Part shown: piece by piece, positions 14,510 to 17,228 of the stretch
How the letters are laid out: every line of letters begins with the position of its first letter
How positions within the stretch are numbered: the stretch's first letter is position 1
Assembly (NCBI GenBank): GCA_964565725.1
Contig: CAZMGA010000013.1
Location: forward strand, 1-17,228
Direction: 5' to 3'
From: an uncultured archaeon
GTDB lineage: Archaea > Iainarchaeota > Iainarchaeia > Iainarchaeales > 0-14-0-20-30-16
DNA length: 17,228 nt
Notes under the pieces: model-generated
Told to the model about the DNA's origin: nothing
Database searches by the model: none
Seen by the model: the letters and a program-made list of their open reading frames with translations, nothing else
Position numbers and translations under genes: made by a program

Positions 14510-15676
14510 ATGGAAAAAATAGAATTTGATAGCATTTTGGTATCTTTTGCAGAATTATTTTTAAAATCAGATAATGTAAGGGAAAGATTTCAAAGAAATT
14601 TAGTAAAAAACATAAACTATGCTTTAAAACAAAATAATTTAAAAGTAAATTTATATAACAAACATGACAGAATATTTGTAAAAACTCAAAACGTGGATAA
14701 ATCTTTTGAATGTATAAAAAAAATATTTGGTATTTCTTGGATAGCAAAAGCTATTTATATTAAAGAAAATAATTTACAAGAAATAATTAATTTTTGTAAA
14801 AAAAATTATGAATCATGGGTTTCAAAAAATCAAAAATTTGCAATAAAAGCAAGACATGATTCTACAATAAAAACAAGTAGCAATGATATAGCAATAGCGA
14901 TAGGAAATGTAATAGATAGAAAAGTTGATTTAAACAATCCAGACATAACAATATATGTAGAAATTAGAGAATTTGGTACTTTTATTTATTTTAATACAAC
15001 CCCTTGTTATGGTGGTTTACCTGTAGGAGTTTCAGGAAAAGTATTATCTTTAATGAGTGGGGGAATTGATTCTCCAGCATCTTCTTTTTTAATGTTAAAA
15101 AGAGGTTGTGATTTAGAATATATTCATTTTCATAGCTTTCCATTAGTATCAAAAGCAAGTATAAATAAAGTTAAAGAAATAATGGAAATTATGAAAAGTT
15201 TTCAAACAAAAACAAAGATATATTTTATACCTTTTCATAAAATACAAATGCAAATAAAAATGAAAATTGAACCAGAATATAGAATTGTTTTATATAGAAG
15301 ATTTATGTTAAGAATTGCAGAAAAAATTGCTAAACAAAATGAATGCATGGCTTTAGCTACTGGTGAAGCATTAGCACAAGTAAGTTCTCAAACTTTAGAT
15401 AATATGAAAGTTATTCAAAATGTAGTGGATCCTAATGTACCTATATTAAGACCTTTAATTGGATTAAATAAAGAAGAAATAATTTCAATAGCCAAAGATA
15501 TTAACACATATGAGGTATCAATTCAACCACAAGAAGATTGTTGTACTCTTTTTACGCCAAAACATCCAACAACAAAAGCAAATTTAGAAAAAGTTTTAGA
15601 ATTTGAGAAACTTTTAAATTGTGATGAATTAATTAAAGAAGCAATTGAAAATGTAGAAATTATTGAATTCAAATAA
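14510..15676 (+). CDS. thiI: tRNA 4-thiouridine sulfurtransferase ThiI-like (THUMP + PP-loop, no rhodanese domain)
   Basis: THUMP-like N-terminus (FARTQN-equivalent FVKTQNVDKSFECIKKIFGISW), PP-loop VLSLMSGGIDSPASSFLMLKRG, and the downstream ATGEALAQVSSQTLDNM and RPLIGLNKEEII motifs. Confidence 0.92.
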   Translation: MEKIEFDSILVSFAELFLKSDNVRERFQRNLVKNINYALKQNNLKVNLYNKHDRIFVKTQNVDKSFECIKKIFGISWIAKAIYIKENNLQEIINFCKKNYESWVSKNQKFAIKARHDSTIKTSSNDIAIAIGNVIDRKVDLNNPDITIYVEIREFGTFIYFNTTPCYGGLPVGVSGKVLSLMSGGIDSPASSFLMLKRGCDLEYIHFHSFPLVSKASINKVKEIMEIMKSFQTKTKIYFIPFHKIQMQIKMKIEPEYRIVLYRRFMLRIAEKIAKQNECMALATGEALAQVSSQTLDNMKVIQNVVDPNVPILRPLIGLNKEEIISIAKDINTYEVSIQPQEDCCTLFTPKHPTTKANLEKVLEFEKLLNCDELIKEAIENVEIIEFK

Positions 15677-15693
15677 TAAAAAATAAAAAAAAG

Positions 15694-15714
15694 AAATGAG
15701 TTTAAAACTCATTT
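15694..15714. terminator. Bidirectional hairpin between convergent thiI and radA
   Basis: AAATGAGTTT-A-AAACTCATTT: 10-nt inverted arms (7-bp AAATGAG/CTCATTT core) flanked by A-rich sequence on the left and T-rich sequence on the right. Confidence 0.6.
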
Positions 15715-15717
15715 TAT

Positions 15718-16665
15718 TTATTCATCAGTTAATCCTTCATTGGTTACTTTGTATACAGCTTCCCCATCTGGTAAATAAGGACTATCTACTAATTTTGCAA
15801 CACAAGTATTTCCTTTTCCTTTTCTTAAATAAACTCTTGTTTTACTTGCGTGCCCAACTACATTTCCACCTATTGGAGCAGTAGGGTCTCCAAATAAAAC
15901 ATCTGGTCTATCCATTACTTGGTTTGTAACTAAAACTGCTAAATTTTTACTTTCAGCTAATTTCATTAAAATATACATGTGTCTATTTAATCTTTGTTGC
16001 CTATCAGCTAATTGACCTCTACCAGTAAATTCAGCTCTAAAATGTGCAGTTAAAGAATCCACAATTAATAATTTAACATTAGGATCTTCTTCTATTTTTT
16101 CTTTTGCTTTATCTACTAACAGCATTTGATGATCTGCATTATAAGCTCTTCCAACAAAAATATTATCAAGGGTTTTTTTAGGATCTAAACCATATTTTTT
16201 TGCAATTTCTATAATTCTTTCAGGTCTAAATGAATTTTCAGAATCAATATAAATTACTTTTCCTTCTAATCCTCCTTGACTTTTAGGTAATTGTGTAGTA
16301 ACACACAATTGAAAGCACCATTGGGTTTTTCCAGAACCAAATTTACCATAAATTTCAGTAATACTTTGTGATTCTATACCCCCACCTAATAATGCATCTA
16401 CAGATTCACTACCTGTTTTTATTCTTACCATTTTTTCTCTCTTTTCTAAGGTTTCTTTACCAGATATAAAACCAATATTTAGAGAGTCTCTTGCCGCTTG
16501 AATTGCTTTTCTAGCGGTTCCTTCACCAAGGCCTGCTAACGAACTTAACTCACCAGGAGATGCTACAGCGATAGATTCTAAACTTGCAAATCCACCTGCT
16601 AATAGCTTTTCCTCGGCTGCAGGGCCTATTCCGGGTAAATCGGATATTTTCTCAATTTTTGCCAT
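15718..16665 (-). CDS. radA: DNA repair and recombination protein RadA (Rad51/RecA superfamily)
   Basis: N-terminal HhH domain (DLPGIGPAAEEKLLAGGF...), Walker A IYGKFGSGKTQ, Walker B LLIVDSLTAHFRAEFTGRG, RQQRLNRHMY, VLVTNQVMDRPD. GGAGG SD upstream. Confidence 0.97.
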   Translation of the reverse strand: MAKIEKISDLPGIGPAAEEKLLAGGFASLESIAVASPGELSSLAGLGEGTARKAIQAARDSLNIGFISGKETLEKREKMVRIKTGSESVDALLGGGIESQSITEIYGKFGSGKTQWCFQLCVTTQLPKSQGGLEGKVIYIDSENSFRPERIIEIAKKYGLDPKKTLDNIFVGRAYNADHQMLLVDKAKEKIEEDPNVKLLIVDSLTAHFRAEFTGRGQLADRQQRLNRHMYILMKLAESKNLAVLVTNQVMDRPDVLFGDPTAPIGGNVVGHASKTRVYLRKGKGNTCVAKLVDSPYLPDGEAVYKVTNEGLTDE

Positions 16666-16676
16666 AACATTGCCTC

Positions 16677-17228
16677 CTATAACATGTTAAGTATATAAAA
16701 TTCGTCTTCTGAATTAAAATTTTTTCTTAAATAACCAACAATTTTAATTCCTAAATTTTCAAATTTATAATTTTTTATTTTATTTTCTAAATCTATTTCA
16801 TCGGTATTCATTAATTTTAATAAATTATTTTTATTTATAATCGCAGTAGTATTTCCTGTACCGTCTTCTATCTTTAAAATTCCTTTTACTTTAATATAAT
16901 TTTCAGTATTTTCATTACAAACAGGACAAAAATAATTTCCATCATAATTAGTCATTTGTGAATTACATTTTTTACAAATATTGTTAACAAAAATATTAGT
17001 ATTATTAATTTTTACATTTAGTTCTACAACTTTTTTATATGCCAAATCAGAAATGTTTTTTAATTGTGGAATAAATGTTTGAGGATTTTCGTCTAAAATA
17101 ATAACGTTTGAATTATCATTAATATTAATCTCTATTCTCCCTCTATTATATTTTGAAGAACAATTTTCAATCTTTATTTTTACATTCTCATTTATATTTT
17201 TTATTGTTTCTGCAGAATTATTCCAAGC
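16677..17228 (-). CDS. Replication protein A (RPA)-like OB-fold/zinc-finger protein, 5' end beyond the window
   Basis: The minus-strand frame stays open to the window edge (AWNNSAETIKNINENVKIKIENCSSKYNRGRIEININDNSNVILDENPQTFIPQLKNISDLAYKKVVELNVKI...), followed by the zinc-finger-like CKKC...NYFCPVC. The track's start at 17045 is an internal TTG. Confidence 0.75.
   Translation of the reverse strand, partial: AWNNSAETIKNINENVKIKIENCSSKYNRGRIEININDNSNVIILDENPQTFIPQLKNISDLAYKKVVELNVKINNTNIFVNNICKKCNSQMTNYDGNYFCPVCNENTENYIKVKGILKIEDGTGNTTAIINKNNLLKLMNTDEIDLENKIKNYKFENLGIKIVGYLRKNFNSEDEFYILNML

Noticed and set aside
14508-14747. 79-aa minus-strand ORF over the thiI 5' end
   Set aside because: Antisense to a clearly identifiable ThiI THUMP region; hydrophobic composition is explained by complement of Lys/Asn-rich coding sequence.
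15696-15884. 62-aa plus-strand ORF over the radA 3' end
   Set aside because: It starts inside the hairpin between thiI and radA and runs antisense to radA; Leu/His-rich translation with no motif.
1-17228. Possible CRISPR array, tRNA/rRNA, transposon or defence island
   Set aside because: I saw no regularly spaced repeats, T-loop-like GGTTCGAATC signals, transposase motifs, restriction-modification or toxin-antitoxin motifs. Intergenic regions are short and AT-rich.

Overview
Very AT-rich, gene-dense window that is clearly archaeal. It carries two PCNA genes, a TFB, the DNA primase large subunit, RadA, an RPA-like protein and ribosomal protein eL33 (L35Ae). The small proteins, short intergenic gaps and overall style suggest a DPANN-type lineage, but that placement is an inference. 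Most of the window is housekeeping information-processing genes mixed with metabolic and membrane proteins. I saw no CRISPR array, rRNA, tRNA or transposon. The items most worth a second look are: (1) a secreted-type protein at the left edge with an SGNH hydrolase domain followed by an N-acetylmuramoyl-L-alanine amidase (PGRP/Amidase_2) domain, whose reading frame is broken by an apparent -1 shift at a 10-A run; (2) a 687-aa ORF fusing a complete class II glutamine amidotransferase/asparagine synthase module to a full-length Dph6-like diphthine-ammonia ligase module, which has two PP-loop motifs; (3) two adjacent, divergent PCNA paralogs; (4) a translationally coupled pair in which an HExxH motif and a plausible downstream ligand segment lie in two different frames; (5) a symmetric, possibly bidirectional promoter between a CCC1/VIT1-like gene and rpl35ae. 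All family assignments come from reading motifs by eye; no database search was run.
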